Below are positions 1 to 12,700 of a stretch of DNA of 64,000 nucleotides, one piece after another. A program made the translations under genes and the position numbers. How positions within the stretch are numbered: position 1 is the stretch's first letter; every line of letters begins with the position of its first letter. Location of the stretch: assembly GCA_964019335.1 (NCBI GenBank), contig OZ025704.1, positions 62,001-126,000 on the forward strand, read 5' to 3'. A model generated the notes under the pieces. It worked only from the letters and a program-made list of their open reading frames with translations, had not been told where the DNA came from and did no database searches. The stretch is from Diplonema japonicum. Lineage: Eukaryota > Protista > Euglenozoa: Diplonemea.

Positions 1-286
1 CGGCAGCAAGATTCTCCCCACCATTCCCCAGCTTATCATCCCCATCAAGACCGCGTTAAATACACGGGACCCTGAGATTATTTGCACGATGCTGAAAGTG
101 CTTCAGCAGCTGGTGGTGTCTGGGGAGCTTATTGGCGAGGCACTCGTGCCGTACTACAGGCAGATTCTCCCTGTTTGCAACCTTTTCAAGTCGAAAAATC
201 GTAACACCGGGGACGAGATTGATTATGGACAACGTAAGCGTAGCAACTTGGGTGACCTAATCGAAGAGACACTTCAGGTATTTAAA

Positions 287-321
<35 letters not shown>

Positions 322-407
322 AGCTTCTTGAAATCCACGGGGGTGAAGATGCTTTCATCAACATTAAATACATGATACCGACTTACGAGTCATGTGTTTT
401 GAACTAA
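1..407 (+). CDS. PACRG: Parkin co-regulated protein, 3' part; join(<1..277,324..407)
   Basis: [33 protein letters not shown] and, after removing GT-poly(A)-CAG intron 278-323, [24 protein letters not shown]: characteristic PACRG C-terminus. Confidence 0.95.
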
Positions 408-896
408 AAAAAAAGAAAAAAATGTAAATATTTCTTTGAAAAAAAAAAAGAAAAAGAAAAAAAAAGACAAGCGATGGTATATGTAAAGACTATTCCCGTC
501 GGTGGTGTGCACACACCTTTTTTTTAAGCCCTTTTTGTTACCCCCTCCCCCTTTTTTTTCTTCGGATGTGTGAATAAATATGTTTCTCCTTTATCACCCT
601 GCCCCACCCAAAAAAAAAAAGAAGTCGGGAGAGATGGAGGTTTTGACGCCATTCTCCAAGAAAACCGGAAAAAAAAAAGTGTAAATAAAAAAAAAAAAAG
701 CCTCGTGTAGAGGGTTTCCACAGTAAAAAAAAGGTGGTGTGAAAGAAGAAAGAAAAACCAACCCCCCCCCCGCCACCCCTTCTTTTTTTTTTTGTTCGTC
801 CTCTCTCCGTCCCTCACTTCTATTTTCTTTTTTCTTTTTTTCTTCTCCTCTTCAAAAATTTAAAAAAAAAAAAAAGGCCCCAATAAAAAAAAAAAA

Positions 897-3612
897 ATGT
901 GGGATTTTCGGCTGCTGGCCGCGTGCTGCCTAGTAGCAAGCATAGGAGGTACGAAAATATCGACAAAGCAGCCATTCGACTGCAGTGTGGAAGACTTGAA
1001 ACCAAAATGGATGGGTAAGAATGAGTTGGTCGTGAACTGCTTGCAGGTGGACAAAAACCAAGGGCGAGAAGGTGCCATATGGCACAGCGAAGACTCAGGC
1101 GCAAACTGGCAAATGCTGTCACTCGGAGAGTGTGACGACCCAAGCCGGTGCGTCTACGACTTCACAGAAGAGGACTTCAACCACGGCTTCATGATAACAA
1201 AGAAGGGCGGTATGGTGTGGACCCGTAACCAGGACGTTACCCGTTCCCTCTCAGACGGCAAGCTAATCTACTTCACAAAGATCATCCCTCACCCTAAACG
1301 GGACGGCCGTGTCCTCGGCCTCAGCCTTCTCTTCCAGAAAGATTGCAACCTTCACTACGACTGCCCTCACATGCTGCATTACTCCACCGACTTCGGGAAG
1401 ACTTTCACAATGTTGCTGGACTTCGCCGTCTGGCAGGCCGGGTGGGGGTCCCCCTCAGCCGAATATTATGACCCTGACGAGGTCTTCCTCATCATCAAAA
1501 AGGGTAAAGAAACCGGGAACTGGTCCCCCAAGGACTGGAACTGGCTCGAGACGTACCACATAAAAACGAAGAAGAGGGAGAAGCTTCTGCACGATGTGAC
1601 GTTCTTCCTGAATGTCGGGCGGTACACGTACTACCTCATGGAGGGGAAGGTGGCGAAGTACCTCATGGTGAGCACTAGCAACGGGAGGGTTGCCGTGAAG
1701 ACAGAGTTCCCCACCAACAAGGCAGAGGAGAGCTGGCGCATCATGCTCACCAGCGACGACGCTACCTTCGTCGCCGTGTACCACACAGACTGCAAACGGG
1801 GCAGCAACGTAGTCTCCTGGGGCAGCTTGTACCAGTCAGACGCCACGGGTGAGGACTTCGTCACGTCGATGGCGGACATCAGGTGGGGGCTGGAGTCCCG
1901 TCTGCCCGACTTCCACAAGGTGAACGGCATCGACGGTGTCTTCATCGCCAACACAGTGCTCGTCGACGAAGAGCAGTGCCGCTTGTGCAACGACCAGCAG
2001 ACCTGCAGGGATGGCTGCAGGTACGTCACGCGCATTTCACTGTCTAATGGTGACCCGGGTTCGTGGAAGCCCATCCCCGCTCCGAAGGAACTGGAGAAGG
2101 AGTGCAAGAATGCGAACGACTGCAACCTTCACCTGCATCACGGTGCGAGCGCACAGCCGTGGATCATGAGCATGCACACGCGGATCAACTCCCCTGGCAT
2201 CATAATGGGCGTGGGCAACGTGGGCGACTCGCTCGACGTGAGTGGTGTGACAACCGACCTGTTCCTGTCCATCGACGGAGGTGAGGTCTGGAACAGGGCG
2301 CAGCCTGGACCGCACGCTTACGATTGGTCCAACTACGGCGGGTTCATCGTCATTGTGGAGACCAACAAGAAGGTCAACTCCTTTAAGTACAGTCTGGACA
2401 TGGGCCGCACATGGGACGGCCCCGAGATCTTCACTCAAGAGGACAACGTGATGGTGTACAAGGTCGAAGCCTCTGGCGGCCGCTACAGCACAGGGGACAA
2501 TGCTATCTTCAACCTGTACTCCTACAACGCGGTCACAGGCAACACGGCGATATGGCGCTTGGACCTAGGCCACTACCGCGGGGCACCGTGCCTGCAAAAG
2601 TCAAAGGCTCTCATCATAGCTGGGCAGGACCCGAACTTCCATACCTTCAGGAAGAACGACTCGTGCTTCATGGGGGCGAAGGTGGAGTACATCCAGAAGA
2701 GGGGGAAGTGTTGGAACAAAGGGAACGAGGCAAGCGTGGAGTCGTCCATTGTCTCGAAGTGCACGTGCAACCTGCAGAACTACGAGTGCGACCACGGGTT
2801 CCGCGAGGTGAGCGGCGGGGAGTGCCACAGCGAGGTGACGAAGGAGGCTGTCTTCGACATCGCAACGAAGAAGTTCAGAACAAGTGTCGACCACCACCCA
2901 CCTAAGCAGTGCAGCGGGGGGTACAACAGAAAGACAGGGTACATCCTACGCCCGGGGCATAAATGTGAATACGTATGATCAACAACCAATAACAACTTAA
3001 AACAACAGAACGCCAAGAACCAACCGGGTGCATTGAACCTCAACCCCGTCCTCACGGCGTGTCCCTCAAGCGGGTCGTCAGGCGGGTGGTTCGGAACCCT
3101 GCTGTTAGTGCTCTTCCTCATTCTAGTCTTTGGTGTCGCTGGCGTGTACATTGCCGCCTTCATGGGCAGCTCTACGTATGTTGCTATCTTGTCTTATTAT
3201 CACACTACACAGGGCCTACGGCATAAAGTTGCTTTTGGAAGAGAAGTTCAGTGCGATAACAAGCCCTTTTGTGGCGTACATGTCGGTGCGGGGGAACGAT
3301 CCTGATGGTGGCTACCATGATGAGATCGATGGTAGTGATCTTGATGATAATGATGAATATGTTTCTAGCCGTCCTGATCCTGTTGCCGTGCCTCACACGG
3401 AGGTGGCCGAAATGGTCGAGCGGGAGCAGGAGGAGCAGGAGCAGCTCCCGGGGACGGACTTCACACCCGTCCCCCTTGCTTCCGAACCTTCGGGAGACCC
3501 TGAGCCTGTTTTGGAAAATCCTTTCCTGGATGACTTCGCTTCCTCGGCAGACCCCATCAAGGGGGACCCTAAGCCAGCAGATGATATGTTCGCATCGTTC
3601 CAAAAGGAGTGA
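897..3612 (+). CDS. VPS10/sortilin-like type I sorting receptor; join(897..2972,3009..3175,3213..3612)
   Basis: Signal peptide; Asp-box/BNR motifs (SEDSGANW, STDFGKTF, SIDGGEVW, SLDMGRTW); CNLHLH; PGIIMGVGNVG; Cys-rich 10CC-like segment (CTCNLQNYECDHGF); TM helix and acidic tail with NPF, joined in frame by 36- and 37-nt GT-AG introns. Confidence 0.9.
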
Positions 3613-3669
3613 AAAAAAAAAAAAAAGAAAAAAACCTTATCGCGGTGAAATATTTTTCAATTTTTTTTT

Positions 3670-3703
<34 letters not shown>

Positions 3704-4627
3704 GCTTCGAACCTTTTTAAACGTGAGGGGTGAGGGGTTTTTTTTTTTAATATTTTCCTTGCACACCACAGAATGCATCCCGTAAAAAAGAGGAAAAAAA
3801 AAAAAAAGGAAATTCGCTCAAAAAAAAAAAAATACAATTGTTCCTTGAAGAAGGGGGTGGTGGTTGGAGGGGTAAAACAAAAACCACTTTAATGCATTCT
3901 TCGGTGTGCATCAGATTAAAATCGAAGTATTTGTAGAAAAGGTATAGTGATGCAGTTCAACATGTACGTAGTTAACAGGGGGGGGGGGGGGGGGGGGGGC
4001 GACTCTCTTTTACATTTTTTATTTTAATTTCCCCTCGGATCTCCTAACCTTTTCTTCTTTTGGCAGCCACAACCCCTTCCTGCTCTTTTCTGATCCTTCC
4101 CCCCTCCCCTTTTATTTTGTGCCCACAGGGACGGGGAAGAACGAAACGAGAAAATAAATGTGAACGAAAAAGAAAAAAAAAAAAGAAAAAGAGGAAATTT
4201 AATGCATAGATTGTTACTTTTTTTTTTTATCCCCTTTCAAAAAAAATGGGAAAGGTGAATATTGGGGGGGGGGGGGGGGGGATAAGTTAAGAAAAAGAAA
4301 GAAGAGAAGAAGAAAAAAAAAAAAAACGGAAAACAAAAGAAAGAACAAAGAGAAAAAAAAGAAGAAAGAATGCTGTGGTCCGGTAATAGACCTTCTTTTT
4401 TTTTTTGGGTTGTGGGGCACACTCTCGTAGGACGAGATCAAGACAGGGAACAGTGGGCGAAAGGTCCTGATCTTCTAAGGTGGGAGCATGTGTGAGTCAC
4501 TGATCCCAGCCAGTCACTCATAGGCCTGCTTAACGACAAGATTTGCTCGCGCAGAATGCGGTTTCTCTTGGGTCGCATACAAAGGTGCGCAGCAGTGCCG
4601 TGACCGATTTGTGTGAATTTCTTGAAT

Positions 4628-4660
<33 letters not shown>

Positions 4661-4753
4661 TGATGGGTCAGAGTGATTTTTTTTTTTTTTTTTTTTTTTT
4701 GAAACAAAACAAAATTCGATCACAGGAGGGAAGAAAAAAAAAAAAAATAGAAA

Positions 4754-5773
4754 ATGGCCATAAAATTCGGTCCGCCGCCTGAGCTCTCCACGGCCGAAAA
4801 AGCCGCTTGGTACTGGACTTCGTTTCTGAGAGTACTCGTGGGCGTGTTGTGCCTGCTGATGATCATCGCGTTCGGGATACTGATGGACAGCGCGTGCAAC
4901 TCAGGAGACCTCAACTTTATGGGGAAGATCTTCGCCGTAGTCGCAAACATGGGCTACATCTTCATCGCCTTCCTGTTGTTCATCACGCAGTTCGAATTCG
5001 AGATCCTCCAGAAACACTTCAGGTAAATCCCCGACAAATTAAAAAAAAAAAAAAAAAAAAACCAGCCTGCTGTACTACTGGCCTGTCCGCGCTTGCGTAA
5101 TGATCTTCATGGGTGTGCAGACACTGAATTCGAGAGAACAGCTTAAAATAGCCAACCTTGACAGTGGGTTTCAAACCGCATTAGCTAACATCGCAGGCTA
5201 CAGCCTGCTTGCTGCCGGGCTGTGGTTTTACATCTTGTGTATGAGGGAAAAGGTCCACACCACACAATAAACACAGCCTGCTTTCGCCTGAACAAGAACG
5301 ACCTCTCTCGCTTCCGTACTGGGATCGAAGATCTAATGGAAAACGACACCGCGAAGGAACCGAAGGCGCAGCACCTCGACAAGGCACTGCTTGAAGACGA
5401 GCCCCCCAAGAAGAGCAAGGGTCTCTTCGGTGGGATGTTCAGGAGGTCGAAAGACACGGAACAGCCTTCTGCTGCAGCGCCGGCCATCAACGAGAACGAC
5501 GACATGCCTCATGTCATTGAGGATGACGATGATGTTGAAGCCCCCAAGGCGTCCTACCCCTTCGCCACGCACCAGCCTACACCTGCTGGTGAGAGTGCAG
5601 ACCCCTTTGCATCCCCCTCCGAGCCTTCCAAGCCCTACTCCCCCCCTGCACCTGTCATCGATGATGACATACAAAAACGCCGCCAAGCTGAAGACGACGA
5701 GCTAGAACGCATGTACGCCAACGCCGCCAGCGACGACAAGGCCGGGCAGTCGCGATTCGCGGCCGCAGACTGA
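4754..5773 (+). CDS. Multi-pass membrane protein, COPI-associated/TVP15-like, with acidic Pro-rich tail; join(4754..5022,5066..5238,5277..5773)
   Basis: Four hydrophobic segments with a FEFEILQKHFSLLYYWPVRA linker; two short GT-AG introns join three ORF pieces in frame. Family assignment is tentative. Confidence 0.65.
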
Positions 5774-5879
5774 TGACACCGCAACACACCAAACCTTGGT
5801 TGTCGGTTTTCTTTTTTTTCTTTTTCTCCTTGTTTCCACGTCTCTGTCCTCAGTTCTGTTGTTTCCCATTCAATGCCCC

Positions 5880-5915
<36 letters not shown>

Positions 5916-5999
5916 CAAGAATAGTACTTTCCAAAACACCCCCTTTTTTTTCTCTTCTTGCCGTCGCATCACAGCACCCCTCGCAGGAAAACAACAACG

Positions 6000-7253
6000 A
6001 TGCGTGCCTTGTTGGTGGCCGCTGTGGCTGTGGCGTGTGTGGAGGGACGCGCTGAGCAGTGCAACATAGACCTGTACCCTTCGACGTACCCTCCGACGGA
6101 GGCGAACATGACGGTGCCTTACAAGGTGGTGAACCTGGACCTGCTGCCGATGGACAGGTGGACGGCGATCGGGACGGAGTACAAGGCGGGGATCAACAAG
6201 CTGATCAACGTGTTCCTGAACCACTCTGTGGGGGGTCCGTCGACCCCTGTGGGGCACTTCGTGGAGCGGGTGCTGAACGCGGACTCGGAGAAGCTGCTGT
6301 CGAAGCTGCCGAAGGAGTACGCTGAGGAGATCAGGGGGCTGTCGATGGTGACGGGGCTGGACCTCGGCTACATGATCCTGTTCCAGCTGGCGTACGAGCT
6401 GGAGGGGCTGTGCACGTCGATCGTGGCGCAGGACGCGGAGGGGAAGATCTGGCACGGGAGGAACCTCGACTTCGGGCTCTTCTCCGGGTACAACTGGACG
6501 GAGCCGGAGGGGGGAGGCTTCCCCGGGGCGTGGGAGCTCACAGAGGCGTTGAGGCCCCTGATCCTGAAGGTGGACTGGCAGAAGAACGGGACGACCATCT
6601 TCTCGTCGGTGCAGTACGCGGGCTACATCGGGGTGCACACGGGGATGAAGAAGGGGATGTTCGGGATGAGCGTGGACAGCAGGTTCGACAACAACCTGGA
6701 CAAGTATCTCTTGGACTGGCTGTTCGGGTCCTACGAGGGAGAGTTCCTGACGCTGGCGACGAGGACGACGCTGACGCAGGCGACCAGCTACGCCGAGGCG
6801 AAGCAGCAGCTCTCCACCTTCAAGACCGTCGGCCCCTCCTACATCATCCTGTCGGGGATCGAGGCAGGGGAAGGGTGCGTCTTGACCCGCGGGCCGAACA
6901 TGGTGACCCCGATCGACACCTGGGACCTCGCCGACCAGCTCAAGAAGAACACCTACTTCGTCCTCGAGACTAACTACGACCACTGGAAGAAGCCCCCCAT
7001 CTTCGACAACAGGCGCGACTCCGCCGTCGACTGCATGAACAACACCATCGGCCAGGCGAAGTTCAACGGCTTCGTCTCCCTCTACGACGTCCTCTCTGCG
7101 GGGCCCAACCTCAACAGGCTCACCACCTTCACCTGGCTCGCCCACCCCGCCACAGGCGAGCACAATTCCTACAAGCGCCGCTGCACCGGCGTCCACGGGG
7201 GACACGGCGTACCGGGGTCCGGCACCTGGGAGTTCGGGTGCGCCATGTGGTGA
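6000..7253 (+). CDS. Acid ceramidase / N-acylethanolamine acid amidase (Ntn hydrolase)
   Basis: Signal peptide from ATG 6000; YAEEIRG; catalytic CTSIVAQD; HGRNLDF; ETNYDHW; intronless, high GC3. Confidence 0.92.
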   Translation: MRALLVAAVAVACVEGRAEQCNIDLYPSTYPPTEANMTVPYKVVNLDLLPMDRWTAIGTEYKAGINKLINVFLNHSVGGPSTPVGHFVERVLNADSEKLLSKLPKEYAEEIRGLSMVTGLDLGYMILFQLAYELEGLCTSIVAQDAEGKIWHGRNLDFGLFSGYNWTEPEGGGFPGAWELTEALRPLILKVDWQKNGTTIFSSVQYAGYIGVHTGMKKGMFGMSVDSRFDNNLDKYLLDWLFGSYEGEFLTLATRTTLTQATSYAEAKQQLSTFKTVGPSYIILSGIEAGEGCVLTRGPNMVTPIDTWDLADQLKKNTYFVLETNYDHWKKPPIFDNRRDSAVDCMNNTIGQAKFNGFVSLYDVLSAGPNLNRLTTFTWLAHPATGEHNSYKRRCTGVHGGHGVPGSGTWEFGCAMW

Positions 7254-7694
7254 GTCTGATCCAATACCCCCACCATCTACCAACCATACCAACCACCAAC
7301 CACCATCCACCAAGGGTGGTTTCCTAGGCGGGGCTTAGCCCTCAACATCGCCTTTTCCTTTTCCCCTTCTCCTCTTCCCCTTATCCCTTGTTTTTATTGA
7401 GTGATGTGTTCACCTAACGTAACCTTCCCCTCTTATGCAGTGTCGTCTTCGAGTGGCGTGAAAGCAACGAAATTCCATTCGAAGACAAAAAAAAAGTCAT
7501 TGGGTCCACATGCTTGGTAGTCTTGTTGTTTTGAGAGCAATTCGTGTAGGGAAGGGGGGGCAAAAAAAAAACATGAATCAAATACCCCTTCACATTCGCA
7601 TTGATCCCTTCCCATCCCATTTCCCACCATTTGTTTTACCCCACTTCTTCCGCACTTTTTATCAATCAACCAAAGGGGTCGCTTTTTAAAGAAA

Positions 7695-9061
7695 ATGGCG
7701 ATAGCGGGTCAGAAGAGATGCTTCATGACCCCGCCCGTGGGAGCGGGGTTGAAGGTGATGTTTTCTTCGCACTTCAGAGGGAGGGGTTTGAGGAGGAAAG
7801 AGCAGTTCATGCCTTCCACAGGCCCTGCGAGCCCTCATGAGCATCTGCAGAACCACGAAGTCACAACCTATGGTAGGGCCATGAGAGCGTTGAAGAGAAT
7901 GCCTGACATTGACGATCCCCGTCCCCCTATTGTTGGGTGGCAAGGCCAGGTCAGTGCTGACGGTTCGCTTCCCATTGCGCCGTACCATAACAATTCGACA
8001 CCGGGGAGGAAGATCCTTCAGGGACTGTACAAAAATTTCATGGAGCATTATAACCAGCACTACACATTTTACCCAATATACGGCGGTGGTTCGTGGTGTC
8101 CAAGGAGGCAGCTCAGCGGCAGAGCCTTCGTGCACCGGTCTGCAACAATGGTCGGCGACGTTTACACTGCCCACAATGCCTTTATATATCGTATGACAAA
8201 AAGATTTAACTGTATTATTATTAAACAGCCAACACCATCATCCGTGGTGACCTGAACCAGGTTCGCATGGGCCACAACACCGCGATCATGGAGGGGTGCG
8301 TCTTGACAACCGACGGGCATCCCCGTAACGTGCACCTCCCCGGTCGAGTCTCTCGTATCAACGAAGGCCAGCTCAAGGTGGGCAACTGGTGCATCATCCA
8401 CCCCAACTGCATCATCGACTCTGCGATCATCAGCGACTACTGCGAAGTGGGAGAGGGCTCAAAGGTATACTCTCAGGGAAAAAAAAAAAAAAAAAAAAAA
8501 AAAAATCTCCAGCTTGGTTTCAACTCCATCATGGAATTTGGTTCGACTCTGGAGCCTGGGTCCGTGCTGCTTGCTCACCAGAGGGTTCCTCGATTTGAGG
8601 TATTCTTTTTTTTTTTTTTTTTTTTTTTAGAGATCATCTATTTTTTTTTTTGTCTAGATATGGGCAGGGAACCCCGCAAGGAAGGTCGGAATGCGTGACA
8701 AGAACCAGAACAAGTGGAGGAGTTACATAGATACAGTGCTTAGGTACCAAGCCCAAGGCATATTCGAAGAGCAGCAATATAGGAGCAACTTGGTGGCTGC
8801 GACCAGGAGCTCGGAGAAATATCAAGACTCCTACGACAGACTGGTCCTGCAGAAGCAGGCCAACCTGCCTCAAGTGATTAAGGACTACATCGAAGAAGGT
8901 ACAAGAGACATACCTTTGTGGGAGGAGTTCAAGGTGTGGAAAGAAAAAAAAAAAAAAAAACCGTACAGAATGTCACCCGAGTGAATACCCGTCCTGGTGC
9001 TAAGAAAGGTCACGACTGGACTGTGGACGCCAATCAGGCTAAGTGGGTCGGCCACTACTAG
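7695..9061 (+). CDS. Gamma-carbonic-anhydrase-like hexapeptide-repeat protein (probably mitochondrial); join(7695..8190,8229..8464,8513..8599,8658..8933,8969..9061)
   Basis: Spliced product contains AFVHRSATMVGDV, IIRGDLNQVRMG, VGNWCIIHPNCII, IWAGNPARKV: gamma-CA/left-handed beta-helix motifs; Arg-rich N-terminus. Confidence 0.85.
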
Positions 9062-9073
9062 GCGAATTATTTG

Positions 9074-9109
<36 letters not shown>

Positions 9110-9166
9110 TTTCACCACCACGATTTTTTATTTCCTTTTCTTTTTTTGTTTTTCTTGTACAGTGTC

Positions 9167-9203
<37 letters not shown>

Positions 9204-9701
9204 GTTTTTCTATTTCCCTTTTTTTCCATAACGGGATTTCTTCTTTTTTTTTTTGTCCACGCCCCCCCAAAAGAAAATCGATTTATTAGTGTTTTTTACC
9301 TTTATCGTTTTTTCTCTTTTACTTTTTTTTTTTTTTTTTTTACCTTCTCTTTCCCGTTATAGTGTGCGGATCACTTTTTTTATTTCTTCATTTTCTTTTT
9401 TTGGGGGGGGGGGAGGGGAAAATTGAAATTCTCTTTTTTTTTGGGGGGGCTTTTTTTTTTTTAGTTTGACAACAGACTTCTTCTCACCCCCCTTGATCAT
9501 AGTGAATTTTTTTTCTCCCCCCTCCTTTCCCTTCCCCTTCCACCCCCAATGTTTCCCCTCCCGCCCTCCCCTTTTTTTTTACCCCTTTATTCTCTGTTCA
9601 TTATTACCCTTACCCCCCCCTTTTTTTTTCTCCCACCACACTTCTTTCAAAAACACATTGATTCAAAAAAAAAAGGGGGAATTTAAAAAAAGAAAAATAT
9701 T

Positions 9702-12700
9702 ATGGCAGCCGAAGAAAAGGGCGACGAAGGCAGCACAAGGTGCAAGTTATATAAACTGGTGTCAGGTGACTGGGTTCCTGTAGGTGTTGGATATGCAGCA
9801 GTTGAACTGCAAGAAGGCGGCGGGGGGCGGCTCCTCCTCTCTGACGAGGAGGACGCACGGAATTTGCTGGTTGCGCACGTTATCGAACAGGGCTTAATGC
9901 AGAATTATCAGAAACAGCAAGACACACTGATTTTATTCACGAACCCTGGAACACAAGAAGAATACGGGCTTTCCTTCGAAAAGGTAGAAGGATGCCGGGA
10001 TACATGGAGCAAGGTAATGGAAGCCCTCGCAGCCAAAGACACCGACATGGCCACGGACGACTCCCTCATGCTTCCAAGCGCAACACGAGAAACCGCAACG
10101 CAGCTTGCTGACGCGCTTGAGACAGTAATCAACGATCCCACAAAAACCTACCAGGTACGTGACGTTATCGCAGCTGCCTTGCTCAGCGAGAGTTACATCC
10201 CGAAAATTTTTGCAATGTTTGAAGAAGCAGAGGCGGCAACACCCTTGGACGTAACGACCTTATACGCCGCGTTCAGAACGGTTCGATGTTTGTTCTTGTT
10301 GAATAGCACGGATATGACCAAAGAACTGTTGGCCTTCCAGAATATTAAAAGAGTAATCGCGTGCTTTGAATATCCCCCGAGCCGACCTGGGAAAAAGGTC
10401 AACCACCGAGAATTAATGAAACAAATCACGTTTCAAAACCCGCTGGAGGTTTCAGAGGGCCTCTCCGAGAAAATTCAACAAGTATACCTTGTCCAGTACC
10501 TTAAGGAAACGGTTGCCGCGAGCATTCTTGATGACCCGGCATATGACACCTTGACAATGTACTTACTGGTGAACCGGAATGACGTTTTGCGAACAATTGC
10601 TTGTGATGATGAGCATATGGGTGAGCTGTTTGGAATGCTTAGGAACCCCGCTACTTCCGTTGAAAACATTGAGCGGTTGATTTTATTTCTTCAAGACATG
10701 GTCGCCGCGTCGAAGTCTCTCCCCCCGCAGCACAAACAGGATTTTTTTGAGTACCTCCGGCGTTGTGGGATATTTTCCGTGCTGACACGGTGTATCCCAT
10801 CCCAGTCCTTCCGTACACGGTCCGCCGCTGCTGACATCTGCTGGCAAACTTCCAATCTTGACGTAAACCTTATAAGAGAACACTCTTTGAAACCCGAGGA
10901 GAAAGCGGAAGGCTGCCCCCTCCTCCGAGCTCTTTTCTCCCAGTTCGTCGTAGAAGAGGTGGAAGGGCTGCAACAACAATGGCAGGACATCATCCGGCTC
11001 ATCATGGAGACGCAGACGCAGAAATACCAGCTGGCTATTGCGGTGTGTTTATAAAAATATATATGAGCTCAAAAAAATGTCAACACTTTTTTGGGCACCT
11101 CCGAAAATTTCTTGTTTTGATTATTTGAGCAAAAAAAGGGCAGCATGCAACCATAGGAAGATGACATATATGGTGTACATGATGCCGTTCTTTCAATTGC
11201 GATGCTTGTTTTGCCATGAGGGTGGCAGGCTTTGCAACCGGCTGCCCCCGGGAAGTGGAAAATAGAGGTCAGAAAAACGACGAAAAATGTTTAAAATGCA
11301 GTTTAAAAGCTTGAAATGCAGCACCTAGGGTGCATAAAAGTGGTGAACACACACCTTTGTGTCCCCTGGGTACAACCCAGGGTCGGGTTACTGTTAAAAG
11401 TACTTAGCGAAAGATATATGGCGTTGCAAAACCCCCCAAAAACCGGTTTTTTAAAACCCGTTTTCCAGTGATTTTTTGACCCGAAACAAGGGGCGTTTTT
11501 CAGGTTTCCGGGGGGTGAAGGCAAAAAGAAAAACACGAAATAAAAACAACAACATATTGAGAAATGGCACTTTTTGTGACTTTCCCCCCCGTTTTTTTCC
11601 GTTTTTTATAATTTCTTACACTTTATTATCACACTATTCACCAGCCCAACACTGAACACAGTATTCACTGTAACCACACGATCAGCCCACACTAAACTCC
11701 TTTTCTTGGCTTCCCTCTCTTCACAGGTTTTCCTCGGTGCTGCCACTTTCCTCTTCGGAATCACTGCTTTCGCTGTCGCGGGCACGTTTTTTGCTGGCGG
11801 TGGGGGCGTACTTCATGGCATCAGCCTTAGCAGTGCGGTCCATGTTTTGCCATTCTCTCATCCTGGGATTGGGCATCCTTCAGAAGGCGACGAGGTTTGA
11901 TTGAGATGGAAGAGGATTCGACATCGGTAAGAGGATGGCCACTGTTGCTGCTGCTGTTACTGCTCTCACTATCAGTATCCGAATCACTAGCATCTGTGTT
12001 TCGAACCTCATCAGAGGAGAACATCACCTTCTCATCATCCCAATCATTGGACCCAAAAACCGTCTCATATCGAATTGTTCCAGACGCCTGCCCCCCTGCA
12101 AAGTGGAACTTCTGCATGATGGAGTCCACCTCTTCCTCAATATCGTCGGTATCGTCGTTGCCGTCTGCGAGGGTCGTGCTGACTTCGAGGTAGAAGAAGC
12201 GTCGTGCAACGACATGATTTCCCTTGGGGGTTGCCCACACCTCACCCGGAACCTGCCATTCCGCATTGAGCCGTTGCACCGCAACTTCAGCCGTTGGTAC
12301 TGGAAGGGCGGTGTCCGTGGCTGCCTTGTTCAGTGAGGTGATCTTATTCTTCGCCTGCAGCCCCTCTGTGTCGCAGAGACTCCAACCGTGCGCAGGCGCA
12401 AAGAACAACCACGAAGCACGAGGGCCGTACCACTTCTCGGCGCGCGAAAGCCACCCTACCATGCTATGACACTTGAAGTGTTTGGCGTTGTCCGAGAAGA
12501 AAGTCAGATTGCTCGGGTTGTTGTGGTCTTTTAGAATATGGGGGAGCACCAACCGCATGCACTTCCGAGTTATCTGGGCGAACTGCTTGTTGTTGTGCAT
12601 CATGGCGAAGTAGCTCCTATACAGTATGGGACCGCCTAGCTTATCCCGGCTGGCAACGACGAACGTCAAAATACTACTTTTGTATTTGTTGAACTCGTTC

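Noticed and set aside
4246-4612. Selenoprotein reading (in-frame TGA) for the small island
   Set aside because: Depends on one arbitrary splice choice; no redox motif or SECIS identified.
5850-7313. 487-aa minus-strand ORF
   Set aside because: Antisense shadow of the high-GC3 ceramidase gene; no recognisable motifs.
11038-11265. Small ORF duplicated at 27003-27191
   Set aside because: Lies in the shared non-coding end of the Sola2-like elements.
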